Source: an uncultured delta proteobacterium (GTDB lineage: Bacteria; Desulfobacterota; RBG-13-43-22). Taken from it: a DNA stretch of 64,000 nucleotides. Within the stretch, counting starts at the first letter, position 1. Each line of letters starts with the position of its first letter. The position numbers and the translations under genes are program-made. The notes beneath the pieces are model-generated. The model had not been told where the DNA came from. It saw nothing but the letters and a program-made list of their open reading frames with translations, and made no database searches. The stretch spans positions 148,347 through 212,346 of the forward strand of contig CAWDKY010000027.1 in NCBI GenBank assembly GCA_963802945.1. Reading direction: 5' to 3'. This document shows, piece after piece, positions 59,589 through 64,000 of the stretch.

Positions 59589-62003
59589 ATGAATACCTAT
59601 AGCGTCATCAACAGCCGGGCCCCGAGACTGGATGCACCGGACAAAGCCACCGGTCAGGCCATTTATACCGATGATCTGCATTTTCCGAATATGCTCTCCG
59701 GGGCCATACTGCAAAGTCCCTTGGCCCATGCCCGCATTCTAAACATCGACACCTCGAAGGCCAGGGCCCTTCCGGGAGTCAAATCCGTGGTAACCGCCCG
59801 GGACTTGCAGATCATTCCTTTCGGGGTTTCCCCGGCCCGCTATGATGAGACCATCCTGGCCGTGGATAAGGTGCGTTATGTCGGGGATGAAGTGGCCGCC
59901 GTAGCCGCTGTGGACCAGGAAACGGCCCAGGAAGCCTTAGGCTTGATCCGGGTGGATTATGAAGAACTCCCGGCCGTCTTTGATCCTTTCCAGGCCATGA
60001 CCGAAGGGGCCCCCCGATCCATGAGGCCTTTGCCCGCAATATCTGCGCCGAGGTCCATCAGGAGTTCGGCGATGTGGAAGCGGCCTTTGCCCGGTGCGAC
60101 CTGATCCATGAGCATAAATTTGTCAATAAACGTCAGGATGCCGCCTTTCTGGAACCCAATAACGCCGTAGCTGTTTTTGATCAACACGGGTATTTGACCC
60201 TCTACAGCTCCACCCAGGTCCCCCATTATGTCCAGCGGACCGCGGCCATGGTCTTAAAAATGCCCATCGGCAAGGTCCGGGTCATCAAATCCTATGTCGG
60301 CGGCGGGTTCGGCCCCAAGGCTTCGGCCTCCACCCTGGAATTGACTGCCTGCCTTCTTTCCATGAAAACCCATCGTCCGGTGAAGATGCATTTCTCCCGG
60401 GAACAGGTCTTTCTCCACAGCCGGGCCCGGCATCAATTTTTTCACACCTTTAAAACCGGAGTCAAAAAAGACGGCACCTTGATGGCCCTCCATAATACCT
60501 GCTGTCCTGGAAGGCGGGGCCTACTCCAGCTTCGGGATCGCCACCGTCTATTATGCCGGTTCGCTTTTAGGAGGCCCTTACAAACTCCCCAATATGAAAT
60601 ATGACGGCTTTCGGGTTTACACCAATCGCCCGGCCTGCGGGGCCCAAAGAGGACACGGCGGCGTGGCCGCCCGGGCCGGTTTCGAACAGCAGTTGGACAT
60701 CATCGCCGAAAAATTGGGGATCGATCCGGTGGAAATGCGTTTAAAAAATATCATGGAAACCGGCGACACGACCTGCAACGAACTGAACATGAGCAGCCTG
60801 GGGATGAAAGAATGCATCGAGGCCATTCGGGATCATTCCGATTGGAAGCTGAAAAAAGGCCGCCTGCCTAAAGGCAAAGGGATCGGCATGGCCTGCGGCT
60901 TTTTTGTCTCCGGTGCCGGTTACCCCATTTATCGTTCCGACACCTATCATGCCACCGTCGTGGTTAAAATTTCCGAGGACGGCGGGACCGTCCAGGTCGG
61001 ACCGGCAGTGCGGAGATCGGCCAGGGATCGGACACGGCCTTGGCCATGATCGCCGCCGAGGCCCTGGGGGTTCGCTACGAGGATGTGCAGGTTGTTTCCG
61101 GGGATACGGATCTGTCCGTTGACCTGGGGGCTTATTCCAGCCGTCAGACCCTGATGACCGGATATGCCGCCAAGGAAGCGGCCGAAGATGCCCGACGTCA
61201 GGTCCTGGAGGTGTTGTCTGAAGCGCTGAACGTTCCGCTGGAAAAGATTTCGATCCGCAACGGCCTGGTCTTTTTTGAAGGCGCGCCCCCGATTTTGAAC
61301 CGATACGCATCGAGCTATATCAAAGAGCACCGGGGCTGGACCGATCCCCCAGGGAAGATCACCTGACTTTTAGGGAGGCGGCCCGTCTGGCCTATCTAAA
61401 AAGAGGGACGATTGTCGGCACCGGCAAATACAAACCCCCAAACTGGGGGGCTCCTTTAAAGGGGCGGCGGTCGGTACTTCACCGGCCTATGGCTGTTCGG
61501 CTATGATTGCCGAGGTCAGCGTGGATCTGGAAACCGGCGAGGTGACCGTGGATAAAGTGACCGATGCCCATGACTGCGGCCTGGCCATCAATCGGACCTC
61601 CGTGGAAGGGCAGATGGAAGGTTCGGTAGCCATGGGCCTGGGTGAGGCCTTGTTTGAAGAAGTGAAATTCAACGACCGGGGACAGATCATCAATGCCTCC
61701 CTGGGAGAATACAAGGTCCCCACGGCCCTGGATGTGCCGCAGGTCGAATCGATTATTATTGAAAGCAACGAACCCAACGGCCCTTTCGGGGCCAAGGAGG
61801 TCGGCGAAGGGGCCATCATGCCCACCATCCCGGCCATCCTGAACGCCGTTTACGATGCCACCGGCGTGCGCATCACCGAACTGCCCGTCACCTCCGAACG
61901 CATCTGGCGGGCCTTGAAGGAAAAAAAAGAAAAGGGAGAAAGGCAATGGAATCATAGAATTCAGATTGGCGGCAATGCTGAAACAAATCAGATACCTCGT
62001 TAA
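59589..62003 (+). CDS. HcrA-like molybdopterin subunit, second copy (multiple frameshifts)
   Basis: Fragments at 59589, 60074, 60594, 61040, 61503 tile the intact left-arm protein with conservative substitutions. Confidence 0.8.
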
Positions 62004-62027
62004 CTGGCAAATAAGGAGGATTCAGAC

Positions 62028-64000
62028 ATGAAAAAAATAGGAATCATCGGTGCAGGCAATATGGGCGGCGGGATCGCTCAGAAAACAGCCCAGGAAGGCC
62101 TGTCTGTAGTCTTAGTGGACATGAAACCGGAGTTTGTCGAAGGGGAATAAACAATATCAGGCGTACTCTTCAGCAGGGAGTGGAAAGAAAAATCTTTAGG
62201 CCTGAACAAGTGAACGAAATCCTCTCCCGTATTCATGGCACTACGGACATGGCCGAGATCAAGGACTGTGATCTGGTGATCGAAGCTGTCTTTGAAGACC
62301 TTGCGGTCAAGAAAGAGCTTTTTTCGCGGCTTGACAAAATATGTGGTCCCAAGACGATCTTGGCCACCAACACCTCTTCCTTCTCGATTAACGAACTGGC
62401 CAAGGCCACAAATAGAAAGGATCGTTTTGTGGGGCTTCATTTTTTCTACCATCCGGCGATGAACCGCCTTCTGGAGATTATTCCGGGTTCAGCTACATCG
62501 CCGGAATTCATCTCCGCCTGTAAGCAGTATTCGATTCTCACTGGCAAAACCGATATCTTAGTCCAGGATTCTCCCGGCTTTGCCGTCAACCGTTTTTTTG
62601 TCCCCTTAAACAACGAAGCGACCCGCATCTTGGAGGAGGGCTGGGCCAACGTTCCCACCATTGACAAGGCAATCATGGATGCCTTAGCATCGGTATGGGC
62701 CTTTCAAACTGGTCAACGTAACCGGCGTAACGATTGCCCATCACACCTCCCAATCCCTCTTCGATCAAATCAGGCATCCCTTTTACGCCCCTTCGGCCAG
62801 GCTGAAGGCCCAGTTTGAATCGGGTAAGGATTTCCCTCTCGATGGCCAAGTGGATGAGACAAAATTGGAGAAAGTTGTAGACCGGCTACTGGGCACGTCT
62901 TTTATCTCTGCTGCACACTCTTGGAAGAAAATGTAGTCAATATGGCCGACATCACCTGGGAGCCAAGGTGGGACTTCGCTGGTCAAAAGGACCCTTTGAA
63001 CTCATGAACCTCGCCGGCATCGATAAGACTTACAGCATGGTGGAAGACCTTTTAAAGGCCTGGCCCGACCTGAAAATCCCAATAGTCTAAAGGCCCAGAA
63101 GGGCAAGGGAGAGCCATGGGACATCCGTTATGTTTCCTACCGCCGTGATGGAGACCTGGGGCGGGTCTGCATTTCCCGACCGGATGCCATGAATGCCCTG
63201 AATCAGACCGTGGTCAAGCAATTGGACGAGGCCTTCAAAGAAGCCGAAGCGGATACTCAAGCCAAGGCTATTGTCCTGGAGGGGGCTGGAAAGGCTTTCG
63301 TGGCCGGCGCGGACATCAAGTTCTTTGTGGATTGATCAAGAACAACCGGTTAGAGGATAATTATGCATTCACGGCTTTCGGCCAGGATGTTTTGAACCGC
63401 ATCGATGCGAGCAAAAAGCTGGTTATCGCCAAGGTGATGGGCCGGCCCTAGGGGGCGGGTTGGAATTGGCCCTTTCTGCTGATGTGATCGCGGCCACGCC
63501 CAAGGCGGCGATGGGGTTTCCCGGAAACCGGGATCGGGATCTACCCTGGACTCGGCGGGACCCAGCGGACCAGTCGCCATGTAGGCAAAGAGCTGGCCAA
63601 GTATATCAACTTCACCGGTCGGATAATCTCTGGGGAGGTCGCTCTTTCCATAGGGCTGGTGGACTATCTGTTTTCACCTAGGAGATCGACGAAAAGATTC
63701 ATAAGCTGTTGGCCGAGGGGGAATCGACTTCGAAAAAGGGGAAAGGCCAAGAAGCACTTCCCCCGGAATTTCAACAGATCAAAAAACTTTTTTCAGATGA
63801 TAAGATAGAGGGATGGTTGACCGGTAAATTTCTTAAAAGCGATGATCCTCTGACGGCGAAAACCGCCAAAATCATTGCCGGCAAGGCCCCGCTGGCCCTG
63901 AGGTTTGCCAACCAGATTATGGATGAAGGCTTCAAACTGCCCCTTTCAGAAGCCGTTCATCTGGAACTGGTCCACCTGAACGAGATTTTTTCCACAGAAG
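62028..64000 (+). CDS. 3-hydroxyacyl-CoA dehydrogenase/enoyl-CoA hydratase, second copy (frameshifted, runs off window)
   Basis: MKKIGIIGAGNMGGGIA at 62028; mirrors 52000-53983. Confidence 0.8.

Larger units (their letters stand above)
52000..64000. repeat. Giant inverted duplication (arms ~52000-57925 and ~58017-64000+), axis ~57970
   Basis: Right half mirrors the left gene by gene (56940/59036, 56425/59589, 53983/62028, 52000/64000); ~90-bp non-palindromic spacer. Confidence 0.92.

Noticed and set aside
15-64000. Numerous antisense or overlapping short ORFs in the track (e.g. 47822..48628, 7290..7871, 24485..25081)
   Set aside because: Shadow frames of well-supported genes with no recognisable motifs.

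Overview
A window from an anaerobic bacterium, by gene content most likely Desulfobacterota/'Deltaproteobacteria' (inference). In order it holds: pdxA (partial); an AcuB-like CBS/ACT gene; tatA; a DRTGG/CBS-kinase/PHP/HATPase regulatory cluster; a LemA-TPM operon; four multi-PAS c-di-GMP enzymes sharing a near-identical 853-bp REC-PAS module; a sigma54-type Geobacter-like type IV pilin; a B12 radical SAM gene; an intact IS30 element; a CoA-disulfide reductase/NADH oxidase whose catalytic Cys codon is an in-frame TGA followed by a SECIS-like hairpin (candidate selenoprotein); ctpA; an M-box riboswitch-led Mg2+ uptake operon; VapBC/HicB; an integron-type attC cassette array with no integrase in view (HEPN-like, class III cyclase-like, TM-PLD-like and membrane proteins); and two xanthine-dehydrogenase-family operons. 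From about 52 kb to the end, the window is a giant inverted duplication centred near 57,970 around a foreign-looking core, quite possibly a fold-back/chimeric assembly artefact. Many frameshifts in otherwise conserved genes suggest long-read indel errors rather than true pseudogenes. All family calls are from motif recognition by eye; no searches were run.
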